Assembly (NCBI GenBank): GCA_036785375.1
Contig: JAWMAR010000098.1
Span: forward strand, 3,162,001-3,226,000
Reading direction: 5' to 3'
DNA length: 64,000 bases
Origin: Leucoraja ocellata
Lineage: Eukaryota
Position 1 is the first letter of the stretch. Each line of letters begins with the position of its first letter. Below the pieces are notes generated by a model that saw only the letters and a program-made list of their open reading frames with translations, ran no database searches and had not been told where the DNA came from. Below are positions 27,583-40,890 of this stretch, one piece after another. The position numbers and the translations under genes were made by a program.

Positions 27583-28079
27583 CTTGTAGAGTTTCAAGCT
27601 GGCTTCATGCCTTGAGTTGACAGTGTGCAGTCGCAACTTCTCAATACTATTGGTGTAGTAATCGCATGCGTTGCATTTCAAGTGCACTGGGTTCCCAATG
27701 GCCACACATTTGAGTCGCCACTCGTTGGCCTTGCCTCCTTCTTTGATGTGTGCCACAAGCTGATATTTCTGCACGTGCTTATCTGTCTTACAGTGCAACT
27801 GGAAGTTGGCCTTGAGCTGGGTGTTGTAACGGCAGAGCTTACACTGGTAGGAATCGCCAATGAATGCTTTCCACTCCTCCTCGGGAAGGTGTCGCTCAAT
27901 GTTCATGTGCAGACTGAGTGTCTCCAGGTTGTCCGTGGTGAATCGGTTGCAGACGGCACACTGGAAAAGCTTCAAGGAAGGGTCGTTCGTGGTCGTGAAC
28001 GTTTCGCCGAGGTTCATGAGTTCTTCTGACACCAGCTGCCCACCTCCCAGTCGCATGTCAATAGGAATCTCACCGCCAA
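27583..28079 (-). CDS. zfhx3: zfhx3 next coding exon (497 nt; [14 protein letters not shown]...HEASLKLYK), three zinc fingers
   Basis: Acceptor ggtttttatgcag|TTGGC (28080/28079) and donor CTACAAG|GTAAGG (27583/27582). The G from the upstream exon plus TT gives GTT (Val), so the join is in frame. Fingers CAVC..HMNIERH, CKLC..HCKTDKH, CNAC..HTVNSRH. Confidence 0.95.
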
Positions 28080-31000
28080 CTGCATAAAAACCAGAGGATA
28101 AAGAGCAAGGATGAAATACTTGGGAACAGGTGCCAGAAAGCGACATTCAAACCCTGAGAAGAACCCCTCTAGTCATCAGTGAATGACCAGTCTTCACACT
28201 TCTTCTAAAGCCAGTACTATCAATAAAGTCCAATCTCCCATCAATGTCTGGGGATAAAATCTGCAGCATGGCAACTCTTTATACAAATTAAATGGCCAAT
28301 CTGCTGCAATGTTCAATAGGTAGAGATGAGAGTGCATGAGGCCTATTTACTTGATTTGTTGATGGTAAACCGTGCTTAAGAGTTTGCTTTATGCTCTTGT
28401 CTCTGAATACAAGACTGAGATGGTCAAAACTCATTTTACTTGTGATCAGTTATTAGCCTTCAGGGACAGTGATTCCTATCAGCTAATGCCAGATTAGATT
28501 TAAACTTTAGTCTGTGCAGGTTTCAAAAGTAAACATGCAGGGTACGTGTAGCAATAGAAAGAAACATAAAACGTGATCAAACGTAGCTCAAAATTGCTTA
28601 CATCATTTAAAAAGGCAATTTTAAGTGACGTTATCTCAGAATGCATCTTCAAATAAATATGTATTATTTATTTTACGTACAATCAGCATCCAAGAATGTA
28701 GGTTTACGATGACCATTTTGGTGTCACAAGGTAATGAATCAGTATTGCAGGACAAAACTAAAATTAAAATCATTCCAAATTAACATTTCTTTAGCTAAAT
28801 CCAGGAGATGCTTTTCTTTCCTTGGAATTTTTTTCCTTACATCGCCTACTTGCTTGAGAAAGACAAGATTGCCCGATCTTTTGAAGATTAGGCCAAATAA
28901 AATTGCTGGACGTATACTCAATGTCAATCTGCATCTAGACACTTTGAGCAAAGATCCGTTCAATGAATTTCGAAATGACTGCTTCATGTCTGAACAGTAA
29001 ATTGTCTGTTCTTTGTGTGGTTTCTAAATGACCTACTGTATGTGTTTCTCACCATTTTTATTTTAGATAGACACCATTAGGGATTTTTGTTGATATTATC
29101 TTAAAGCAAAATGCTACATATGTACAATATGGATTTTTTTTTTCCCCCCCCGGCCAACCTATATTTGGCTTAAAGCCGGCCCAAGTCTGCTGATCAACAA
29201 AGCAGAAAACGGGAAAAGAAACCTTCCTAATGATTTCCGCCAAAAGCTGAAAAAAATAGACAGCATAGGAAAAAAGAGGCAAGCTAATGAAATATACTCA
29301 ATGCAGAAAACAGGTTGAAATAGCTGCAGTGAAACTTGTGTAATGTCATCAACAGCAGCGAGGTAGAGCTAATTATCCCATTACGGCGTCAATACATCCA
29401 TTTAACAGAGTTGTGTCAGTGCCAGTGCAATGGGTGAGCTCATCAGTGGAAGGTGAAACCTTCTGCGCTGTACAGATCTGTCTAATGCCTCTGACTACAC
29501 AATCTTTAATACATCATTGACCAGACAAAACCAAGAGCTGACCTTGTCCAACTTACAGTAAATTAATAACAACAAGCTCTTTATTTATAGCACAAAAAAG
29601 CCTAGCAACCATGAATGGCACTTCCCACATTTCAGAAAATTCAAGTCCAAGGAAGGGTCGACTTTAAAATTCAGCTTATGGTTTCACATTTTTAAAGAAA
29701 GACTGATGGATTCCGTCCTCTCAACCTGTAGCTTGCCACCACCTCTAAACCCCTTCCCCACCATCCAACTCTCCTTTCCCACGGAAGTGACCTTCTGCCA
29801 CCGCGTAATGCTCCACCTAGTGGATGGGCTATGAACTGGAGGATCCCACCCACGGAGAGCGTGTGTGATTTGGATTAACTGTTACACTTTGGGTTTAGAG
29901 TTCCTCGCTGACCAATGGACCACTTGACCAAAGAGAATTCCAGCGCTAATCCTAGTGATATAAATGCAATTCTGTCAGTAGAATCAACCCAGTAAGATTA
30001 CCTACACCAGAGGGCTTTGATGAAAATCCACCCCTGCACACATCATGACATCTCATCTGAAGGCCTCCAACTGAGCCTCCAGTATTTTGTATACATCTTC
30101 GGAGCAAACCAGCATCTGCAGTTCCTTCCTACACATGACATCTGGTTTGTAAGTTAAAAAGACTATAATTGCTGAAGAGAGCAGTAGGTTTTAAACAAAG
30201 CCTGTTCTGAGCAGAGTGGCTTCAAAGAGTCCTGCTTCTCTGTCACGTTCCAAAAAGAGTCAGCAAAATGCAGCATTGCCACATTGTTTTTGATCAAATA
30301 CTGATCATCTTTAAAAGAATAGGTGATCTGTTGCTAAATTTCAAATGTTTTTTCTCTTCAGTTGTCTGGTCGGAAGTCAAACAGAGATGAGGGAACCAAG
30401 GATGATTTGCCTTTAATTTTGTTTCTTGATTAATATGGGCGCTGGAGGTTATGGGGAGAATGCAGGAGGATGGGCTTGAGAGGGAAAGATAGATCAGCCA
30501 TGATTGAATAGTGGAGTAGACTTAATACGCCGAATGCCCTAATTCTGCTCCTATACGAACTTTATGAACTTTCTCATTTGGGAAGTCTTATTCTCAAGAC
30601 AGTTTGTGCTAGTTCAGAAGTCATTGAGCTACCAGCATAGGGGGGAACCCACAATGCCAGTGCCAAAGTACCCTTATGTAAAAGCTGCCCAGCTAGCACA
30701 ATACAAGTATGCTCCACACCATCTGAACCTTTGACTGTTCTAAGCCAAGCTGGCCAACAACATTTCTCAACAATAATAGTGTTCAGGCATAATAGTGTGC
30801 TTACAATGCTAGATTGCTACATGTTAACCAGGCCATATTACATTTAAACTTAAACTTAGGCCAGTACTTCTGCTCAGAGAAGATCTTGGCTTCAGTTCCA
30901 AGTATATTTTATGGGAGTTGTGATTGCCCTGTCATCACACACTGAGTCTTGCTTTTGGCCATCTCCACTGATGTAGTAGAAATTCAATAAAGTGAGATTT

Positions 31001-32495
31001 TATGTACCGTTGGCTCTGCATTGACCTGCAGATTACAGCTCCCATACATCTCCTAGTCAGTCACTCTTAAGGTTTCAGCCAAATTAGTTGATGCATATGC
31101 TTATGTGACAACCAACTATGTACCATATCTAAGGTATATTTTCCAGCTGGAAACACAGCGGGCTGTTGCCGTAAAATAACCTTTAATTCAAGGTTGTTGT
31201 GCAAGAGTTTTTGACATTCATCATTTTCTGGCAGATCCATTATGAACAGAGAACTTTCCTATGAACTAATTGTGAACACAATTGAACATCTTTTCATTTG
31301 TTAAAAAGCGTCAGAATGTTGGGAAGTCTGCAAAAAGAAAACCACACAAGGTCGACTCCTTCCAAACCAAGTGGCTGGACTCGTTTGGCTGGAAAGAATC
31401 TCAGACTCTGAGCTATAACAGAAAGCCACGTGGGAGACCCAGCATGAAATTGGTGAAAAGAAGATGGCTTGGAATTTATTGAATGGAGCTGTGCAGATTC
31501 ACTCTTTGATGAGCATTGTTTTGGGAGGGTGAAAGAGAGAGTCCTAAATAGACAGTGTGAAGATCAGCAGAGATTCCGATGAAGACATATGACACCCACG
31601 ACCAGCAGCACTGAGGACCTCTTCGGTACCTTCAAAGTCATGCACAGGATTAAATGATGAATGAGCAAATTGGCGGAATTCACAATGGAACAGCTATGTC
31701 AAGGAATTGTTGGACACCACTTGGGAACAGATTCTCAAGCATTCTCACTGTTACAATGAGTTTATTGTAAAGGAGCAGGACATGTAAAGGAGCAGGAGCA
31801 GGAGCAGGGTTATGGTATGAGTGCAGGCAGGTGGGACTAAGGGGAAAAAAAAAATTGTTCGGCACGGACTTGTAGGGCCGAGATGGCCTGTTTCCGTGCT
31901 GTAATTGTTATATGGTTGTTTGTTATTTGCTGTTGAATTAGGCTTGCAATATCAGTAGGAGCTTTCTTCTAGCTGTTGCCATGTAGATTGTACCTTTCCT
32001 TCTGTCCTTTTCCTATCGTGTGCTTATCTAACCTCCCTTTGAGCATATCCATGCCTATGGCTTCTCCCATGCTCCGTTGTACCGATTTCTACCTTCTTAG
32101 CAATATTTGGAAAATAAGTTTCACCGTTATTGGATTTAGTTTGGATTATCTCATATTTATGCAGCCAAGTTCTGAATTCTCTTGCAAGTAAAAATATATA
32201 TTTCCACATCTATTCCTTCAAACCTTTCCATAACCAGAAAGACATCTATCAGGTCATCTCCCAGACTTTAGGAAAGAATGACATAGTAATGTTATACTAC
32301 AGTGATCAGAACTGTACACAATCCTCCAAATATGGTCAATGGGAGTTCAATTCTGCTTTTAAAATTTACTCTCTCACCATGAACCGAGATCTTTGTCTTT
32401 TTTAGTGGCCTTAGCCACTTTACTATAAAGTGATTTATATATTTGTTCATTAGATCCTTTTATTCCTCTATCACTTTTGATACTAAGTAGTAACT

Positions 32496-32730
32496 TAGAA
32501 ACATAGAAACATAGAAACATAGAAATTAGGTGCAGGAGTAGGCCATTTGGCCCTTCGAGCCTGCACCGCCATTCAATATGATCATGGCCGATCATCCAAC
32601 TCAGTATCCTGTACCTGCCTTCTCTCCATACCCTCTGATCCCTTTAGCCACAAGGGCCACATCTAACTCCCTCTTAAATACAGCCAATGAACTGGCCTCA
32701 ACTACCTTCTGCGGCAGAGAATTCCAGAGC
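32496..32730 (-). mobile_element. CR1 3' end with (tagaaaca)n tail
   Basis: tagaaacatagaaacatagaaacatagaaattaggtgcaggagtaggccatttggcccttcgagcc. Confidence 0.85.
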
Positions 32731-33210
32731 AGAGAGTTAGATTAGAGAATTCCAGAGCAGACTTAATTCCAAACTTAATTTTGCTTTTGCCTACATAAAC
32801 AACCTTTACATGGCAACAGCAAGAAGAAATAAACTTGTCATATGAATGCATCATCCACATAAACATTGACTATGAGGAAACAACAACACACAGAGCAACT
32901 TCATCTGCACCAGCTTTGAATTTTACACCTTCAACTTGTCCCAGCTATCACCTTAAACACGTCCGAACCAACAGAGTGAATGATGAAACACAGTCTTCCA
33001 GCTGTTCATGAAATGAAGGGATAAATGAATAATGAAATCCTACATTTCTGCAGCAAATGCCCAAGGAAAGCCTCCCCAATATGAATTTGATGGAAAAAAA
33101 TCATGCTAAGTGCTTATGTGAAGTTAAAATTCCAAAGGCAAACTGACCAACATGCAAAGTCGAAGTGAAATATCGTGATATTTTTTCCCCACACACACAT
33201 AAAAATGCAC

Positions 33211-33512
33211 AGGGTGGTATGGTGGTGCTGCGGTAGTGTTACTGCCTTATAGCGCCAGAGATCCGGGTTCGATCCTGACTATGGGTGCTGCCGGTACAGA
33301 GTTTGCACATTCTCCTCATGACCTGCGTGGGTTTTCGCCGAGATCTTCGGTTTCCTCCCTCACTTCAAAGACGTACAGGTTTGTAGGTTAATTGGCTTGG
33401 TGTCAATGTATAAATGTGAAATTGTCTCCAATGTGTTTCGGACAGTGTTAGTGTGTGAGGATCACGGGTCGGTGCGGACCCGGTGGGCCGAGTTCTCTTA
33501 ACTAAACTAAAC
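33211..33512 (+). mobile_element. V-SINE (HE1-like)
   Basis: gggttcgatcctgactatgggtgct...gtttgtaggttaattggcttgg...actaaactaaa. Confidence 0.85.
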
Positions 33513-34164
33513 ATGCTGGGATACAAAGATGAGACACTGCACTTTCCAACACAGAATAAGAAAAAAATTGTGAGAGGAAAAGAGAGCAACAGAGACTAAA
33601 CACAGTCAGATTCATTTACTGGCATATTTTACCAGTGAAATATTTATAAATGGCAAGTTGTCTCGAAATCTAAAAAATCCGCAGCAGTTCCAAACATTTA
33701 AGACCAATTTTATAGGTTTTGTGAAAAGCATACAGTTGCTATCTGTATTGGTTTAATTCACTTGGTTTATGTAAAAGTTTCAAAAATTTGTTTTACTTTT
33801 TGTGGCTGGACTACTACTAAAGTAACAATGAAAGATTTGTATGTGAGAGGAAGAGGGAGTTTCGGGAAAATCTTATGACTATTAATATAGCGTGGATCAT
33901 CCCACTTTTCCTCCCAAACTTCAATCAATATTTCACAGGATATAGGAGCATTCATAAACAGTGGTTTTAAACAGGCGGTCATGTTTTGGTGGGATCGGAA
34001 ACTCGGAAGCCAAGAGTTTACTAAGAATAGGTTTAAGTTTTTATTTCTGCAGCTTTGGAAAAGGGAAATTTAGTGGGAAAATTGTCAGGCGTCAAACAAG
34101 GATTGAGAAGGAACTCGATTGTAATTAGGATGTACATGATGACCAGAGTAAATCTTCATAAGTG

Positions 34165-34690
34165 TTTAGTTTAGTTTGGAGATACAGCATGGAAACAGGC
34201 ACTTCGACCCACCGAATCCACGCCGACCAACAATCTCCGTACACTAGCACTATCCTTCACATTAGGGACAATTTACAGACAATTTACCGAAGGCTATTAG
34301 TCCACAGGTCTGTACGTCTTCGGAGTGTGTGCGGAAACCACATCACCCGGTGAAAAGTAGTACCCACACAGGTCACGAGGAGAATGTGCAAACTCTGTGG
34401 AGGCAGGTTCGTTTTTATCATTTAAAAATAAATTGGATAGTTATATGGACGGGAAAGGAATGGAGGGTTATGGTCTGAGCGCAGGTATATGGGACTAGGG
34501 GAGATTATGTGTTCGGCACGGAATAGAAGGGTCGAGATGGCCTGTTTCCGTGTTGTAATTGTTATATGGTTATTATATGGTTATAAAACCCAGGCGGTCA
34601 CGAGGAGAACGTACAAACTCCGGACAGATAGCACCCGTAGGTCTCTGGCACTGTAGAGCAGCAACTCTACCGCTACACCACCGTGACACT
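34165..34690 (-). mobile_element. V-SINE (HE1-like) with nested CR1 3' fragment (about 34415-34583, plus strand)
   Basis: SINE tail tttagtttagtttggagatacagc; head ...gcaactctaccgctacaccaccgtg; internal gggactaggg...cctgtttccgtgttgtaattgttatatgg. Confidence 0.78.
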
Positions 34691-34724
34691 CTAAGTGGTT
34701 AATAAAAAATATAAATGAAGGTCT

Positions 34725-35350
34725 TTGAAGAATCTATTTTTGCTCAAGGATAAAGGAGGTGAATTTATGCTTGGAGTCAGAGTATGTGAGGAAGTACTGA
34801 ACAAGTACTTTCCATCTGTACTCAGCAAGGAGAAGGACATGGAGGACAGTGAGATCAACGTGAAGAATACTAATATGCAAGGGCAGTTTGAGATCAAGTA
34901 GGAGGGGGTGTTGTGGCTATTGAAGAGCACAAAGATGGACAAATAGCTAGGGCCTGATGGAATCTATCTCAGGTTATTGAGACAGCCAAGAGAGGAGAAT
35001 GCAGGAATCTTGACCAAGATCTTTGTATCTTCTCTAGCCACAAGTGAAGTCCTGGATGATGGAGAGTGGCCAATGTTTTTCTTTGTTTACAATGGGATGG
35101 ACAGATAATCCAGGAAATAATAGGCTGACGTGCCTCGCATCACTGCTAAGGAAGCTACTGGAGAGGATTGTTCATAATAGCATTACAAAGATTTGGAAGA
35201 GAATGGGCTCATTAGGGGCTCATTAGCCATGAACGGATTTGTTTACGGCAGGTCATGTCTTACAAATTTTTTGAGGTGACAAAGGTGAGAGCTATGGGTA
35301 GGGCAGTAGATCTCGTCTGCATAGATTTCAGTAACCTGTTTGATAAAGTC
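34725..35350 (+). mobile_element. CR1 LINE ORF2 fragment (continues at about 37128-37510)
   Basis: gggcctgatggaatctatctcagg (GPDGIY), gatttcagtaacctgtttgataaagtc (DFS..FDKV), resuming at gtccctcatgataggctg after the inserted element. Confidence 0.75.
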
Positions 35351-37127
35351 AATAGACCATAGGCAATAGACAAAAGGCAATAGGTGCAGGAGTAGGCCAT
35401 TCGGCCCTTCGAGCCAGCACTGCCATTCACTGAGATCATGGTTGATCATCCACAATCAGTACCCCGTTCTTTCCTTCTCCCCATATCCCTCTGCTATCTT
35501 TAAGAGCTCTATCTAACTCTCTCTTGAAAGCATCCAGAGAACCTGCCTTCTGAGGCAGAGAATTCCACAGATTCACAACTCTCTGGATGAAAAGGTTTTT
35601 CCTCATCTCCATTCTAAATGGCTTACCCCTTATTCTTAAACTGTGGCCCCTGGTTCTGGACACCCCCAACATCGGGGAACATGTTTCCTGCCTCTAGCGT
35701 GTCCATTCCCTTAATAATCTTATATATTTCAATAAGATTCCCTCTCATCCTTCTAAATTCTAGTGTATACAAGCACAGAAGCTCTATTCTTTCAATCTAT
35801 GACAGTCCCGCCATCCCAGGAATTAACATTGTTATTGAGGGAGTACACTTCACTCCCTCAATAGCAAGGATGTCCTTCCTCAAATTTGGAGACCAAAACT
35901 GCCCACAAAATTCCTTCTTCAGTGCCTTCTTCAGTGACTGATATACAAGGACACCCAGATCTCGTTGTACTTCCCCTTTTCCTAATTAGACACAACTCAG
36001 AAAATAATCTGCCTTCCCGTTGTTGCCACCAAAGTGGATAACCTCAAATTTATCCACATTAAACTGCATCTGCCCACTCATCCAACCTGTCCAAGTCACC
36101 CTGCATCCTCATAGCATCTTCCTCACAGTTCACAATGCCACCCAGCTTTGTGTCATCTGCAAATTTGCTAATGTTACTTGTAATCTCTTCATATCCAAAT
36201 GTTTCATCTTTTAGACCGCTATTTCATCTTTTATAATTGACTCTTCCCAACCACCGATGGACTATAATTCACAGTTTTCTCCCTCCCTCCTTTCTTAAAA
36301 AGTGGGATAACATTAGCTACCCTCCAATCCACATGAACTGATCCTGAGTGTATAGAACATTGGAAAATGATCCCCAGTGCATCCACGAGCCACTTCCTGA
36401 AGTACCCTGGGATGCAGACCATCAGGCCCTGGGGATTTATCATCCTTCAGTCTCATCAGACTACCCAACACCATTTCCTGCCTAATGTGGATTTCCTTCA
36501 GTTCCTCCGTCACCCCGGATCCTCTGGCCACTATTATATCAGGAAGATTGTTTGTGTCCTTCTTAGTGATGACGGATCCAAAGTACCTGTTCAACTCATC
36601 TGCCATTTCCTTGTTCCCCATAATAAATTCACCTGTTTCTGTCTTCAAGGGATCCACATTTGTCTTAACTATTTTTTTCCTCCTCACATACCTAAAGAAG
36701 CTTTTACTATCCTCCTTTATATTTTTAGCTAGCTTACCTTCGTACATCATATTTTCTCCCCATATTGTCTTTTTAGTTATCTTCTGTTGCTCTTTAAAAT
36801 TTTCCCAAACCTCTAGCTTCCTGCACATCACTGCTGTTATACTTCTTCTCTTTTATTTTTATGCTGTCCCTGACTTCCCTTGTCAGCCACGGTCGCCTCT
36901 TCCTCCCCTTAGAATCTTTCTTTCTTTTTGGAATGAAATGATCCTGCACCTTCTGTATTATTCCCAGAAATACCTGCCAATGTTGTTCCAACGTCATCCC
37001 TGCTAGGGTATCTTTCCTGTCAACTTTCCTCCCTCATGCCTGCATAGTCCCCTTTGCTCAACTGTAATACTGACACTTCCGATTTTCCCTTCATCCCTCT
37101 CAAATTGTAGATTAAAACTTATCATAT
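35351..37127 (-). mobile_element. CR1 LINE ORF2 pseudogene (1.8 kb, internally deleted) with 3' tail
   Basis: KSFFRYVRRKK, NKEMADELNRYFGSV, KSPGPDGLHPRVL, DWRVANVIPLFKKG, SKFADDTKL (about 36146-36175), SRTRGHSLRIRG..RVVNLWNSLP; frameshifts and stops. Confidence 0.92.
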
Positions 37128-37156
37128 AAGTCCCTCATGATAGGCTGATCCATAAA

Positions 37157-37300
37157 TGAAGATAGACACAAAAAGCTGGAGTAGCTCTGTAGGACAAGCA
37201 GCATTTTGGAGAGTAGGAATGGGTAACGTTTTGGGTCGAGACCCCTCTCCATACTGAAGAAAGGTCCCGACCCGAAACGCCACCCATTCCTTCTCTCCAC
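37157..37300. mobile_element. PLE fold-back element inside a CR1 fragment
   Basis: gaagatagacacaaaaagctggag...gggtcgagaccc...ctgaagaaaggtcccgacccgaaacgccacccattcc. Confidence 0.75.
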
Positions 37301-39209
37301 AATTTCCCACTTTGGAAATGTCAAAGACTAGAGGCTTGAGGATGAGAGTGGCAGGGGCAGATATGATAGGGGCATTTAAGAGGGCTTTAGCTAGGAACAT
37401 GGATATGCAGGGAATGGAGAGACAGAGATCACTTGCAGGCATCATGGTCAGCACAGACATGTGGGCCGAATGGCCTGTTCATGTGCTGTAATGTTGTATG
37501 TTCTATGCTCTGTGTAATCTAATGATATATTGCTAAATATTGAATGTATTTGTCACAAAGTATCGCTTTGGTCAAGAGCATTAGCTCCGTATTCTCTTTG
37601 CAGCAAATGTTGTCACGGGCACTATTTTTAATCCATGGAAAATGTGTTTAGTTTTAGAACCACTATTTTCATTCCCATATTTGGATATTTAAAATCTCAA
37701 TAGTCATTTTGCTTTCACCCACTCATTATAAATAGTTGCAAAACCTTTCCTTATCGACCAACTGGTTACCGACCACATTAACCCTGCAGTCAAAGAACTG
37801 ACAGAAGAAATTATGAGCCAAGTTTGACTCACGAGCACATCACACTTATATTCTTATTTTATGTTAAATTGAAGCCTAATTATTTTAGATGTATTGACTC
37901 TGTGATTTGGCGCTTATCTATTTTCTATTCCATTATAGCCTCCTGCATCAGAGGATTTGACCAAGATGGATGGGTTCAAATGAGGATAACCTCAAAAACA
38001 CTTCCAATGTGCCGTTCCATCCAGCCATTCATGGTGTTGAAATCCTTCGCTAACACTTCCCGCTCACTATAGACCTCCCTCTCACTCATATTAATGGCAG
38101 ATTTCTCAATTGGCCCAGATTGCTCAATTAATTGGCCCGGATTACTCAATTGGCCCGTATTTTGCTGTATTGACAAAAGTTGGCCACTTGCTATTGACCT
38201 CAAGGAAATCAGTCCCCAAAACCTCCGAGGAATTTATGCTATGGATTTCCCATTTCCACAAAACCAACTGGAATCCAGCTATGGTGGAATCATCATGCTG
38301 GCTGTGTGGTCAATCGAATTACAAGAAACCGTTTAACAGCAAGAAAGTCTCGTTTTGATCCCATTTTGTCACTATTTAACACGTCAAAATAAAGATTGGC
38401 ACATTCACTCAGACTGAGAAGAGGTTGAAACAAGAAACACTAAAACAATTAAGCTTATTATAGGGTCATAAACTCTATGATTCTATGGCCCTTTAAACTT
38501 GTTATCTTAAATCGGTGGAATTTTGAAATAATATTTTGCAACAATTAGACTCGGTACATATGGAAAAAAATATTTTGTCGGTGAGTAATTATCATGTTGC
38601 TAAATCAGACAGCACTTAACAAAGTTTAACAAAGCTTGATGGATTTTACTGTGAGAATTACACGTAGCTTTAGAAATATGCACCACGTCTCCAATTCTCC
38701 TGGAGATGTAGGTTTTCTCAAAGGTGAGACACAGAAAGACAACATGCAGGTACAGCAGGAAAGTATGAAGGCAAATGGAGAGTTGGGCATTATTGCAAAG
38801 GGAATCGAGTATAAATATTACTGTAATTGTACAGGAATAAAATGATTGACATATGTGGAAAAGTTGAGCAGAGTGGGTTTATGTTCATTGGAGTTTAGAA
38901 GAATGTGAAGAGGTCTTATTGATATAAGATTCTGAGGGAGCTTGACAAAATAGATTCTACATTCCAGAGAGCTTTGAAGGCTGAATCAATGAACACTGAG
39001 GACTGAGATAGTCAGATTTTGAACATTTCAGATTTAGTAGCTGGATTCAAATTTAGCTGAGACTACCTTGAAGTCCCCACTCCATTGCCACGAGGGGTCC
39101 TTCGAGTGCAAGATGAATACACTTGAAATGAACTGGGGCATATTTCAATTCTGTTCTTATTGAGTTGACCTACAAACAATTGTTTATTTCTTTCAGACAA
39201 GACACCAGG

Positions 39210-39367
39210 TTAATTCAGCGGGACAGGCAACATCTCTGGAGAGAAGGAATAGGTGACATTTCGGGTCGAGAGATGCTTCTCTCCAGAGATGCTGCCTGTC
39301 CGGCTGAGTTACTCCAGCTTTTTGTGTCTATCTTTGGTTTAAACCAGCATCTGCAGTTCCTTCTTAC
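39210..39367. mobile_element. PLE fold-back element
   Basis: Inverted arms; acaccagg at 39202-39209 and 39368-39375. Confidence 0.75.
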
Positions 39368-39556
39368 ACACCAGGATAACTGCTGTGTGAGACAGAGTAA
39401 GGGCACTAAGGGCACCAAGACTGGGATCAAGCACATTGTTAGGGTAAAGCTTAATTTGTTATTGAACATCATCAAACATGTTTCTTAATTCTTTAGTGCT
39501 AACATTGCTCACATCGTTAACGACTGTATTCACAAAAAGAAACAAAGGAAGTAAAA

Positions 39557-39660
39557 GGGTTTTACTGAAGAAGGGTCTCGACCCGAAACGTCACCTAGTC
39601 CTTTTCTCCAGAGGTGTTGGCTGACCCCCCTGAGTTATTCCAGCTTTTTATGTCTATCTT
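39557..39660 (+). mobile_element. PLE terminus with 8-bp TSD
   Basis: aagtaaaa at 39549-39556 and 39661-39668; intact hammerhead-like core. Confidence 0.75.
39565..39592 (+). ncRNA. Minimal hammerhead ribozyme core in PLE terminus
   Basis: ctgaaga a gggt-ctcg-accc gaaa cg tc. Confidence 0.55.
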
Positions 39661-40690
39661 AAGTAAAACCTCGAGTTGGAGGTCCTAAGATATGAGAGGT
39701 TGGAAATAGGAGGGACCATCTTATAACATTCAGGTTACCATGTGCATGGTTTAACCCTCAATGACCCAGCTAATCGGGGATGCGAATAGAGAAATAAATC
39801 CAAATCTGTCTCAAATTTAAAGGGTGAACAAATTTAAAGAAGTGCCAGAGCTGACAGTAGTGTTTCTTAAAGTTTGACAACTATAGCTTAAACTTTAGAA
39901 TAAGTACCAGGGAACTGGAGTGGCATTAAAATAGGCTATTGGTATTATACATCTCCAAATGCAAGCATTCTAATTCATGTGAGAATTAAACAGATGGTAA
40001 AAATTAGTTACGACAATCAATTTTTAATTATTGCGAAGAAACGTGGGTCAAACAAGCCTGTGCAATAACACATTGGCACTAATCAAGTCAACCACTGCAG
40101 GCATCTACATCATAATACGATTAACCCATTGTATTCTAGCCAACAAACAACATTTATTGTAGCAATTCTAAAAACCATTGTTAAACCACCCAATAATTTT
40201 AATTATCATTTTAACAAAACGTCTATGGATAATAAATCATAGTACACAGATTTGGAAAACCACACATGCAATTAATTAGTTTTTGAAAAATTGCTCGAAA
40301 GCACTAAGAATAAAGTTATTATAAAGTCAGAAATGTTTAATCTTTATTGCAATTTGGATTATTTCTGATCTTGTGACCATCTATATTACTGTATATTTTT
40401 AACATTGTGCCTAATTAACCCAAGGAGCATCTGAGCCCAATTCTACAACCTCTTTTAGCTTACTTCGTCCTCTATTTTGGAACTGTGCCATCATTACCAC
40501 AGGGGACCAGGAAACCCCACCAAGCAACACTGGTCCTACTCTCAAGAAGGTCATATTACCAAGAGATTCTTTCTAACAATGCGGCTGGAAATATAACAAG
40601 GATCCAGATACTACCACGTGAGCTCAATGGCAGATGTCATGAGATTCAGTGCCATGCGTTAAAATATGCTTGGACACTCTGATCTTTTTT

Positions 40691-40890
40691 NNNNNNNNNN
40701 NNNNNNNNNNNNNNNNNNNNNNNNNNNNNNNNNNNNNNNNNNNNNNNNNNNNNNNNNNNNNNNNNNNNNNNNNNNNNNNNNNNNNNNNNNNNNNNNNNNN
40801 NNNNNNNNNNNNNNNNNNNNNNNNNNNNNNNNNNNNNNNNNNNNNNNNNNNNNNNNNNNNNNNNNNNNNNNNNNNNNNNNNNNNNNNNNN
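40691..40890. other. Assembly gap (200 N)
   Basis: Run of N. Confidence 1.

Noticed and set aside
28080-28146. N-terminal extension of the 200-aa ORF (MSLSGTCSQ...)
   Set aside because: Intronic; it contains the pyrimidine tract and acceptor.
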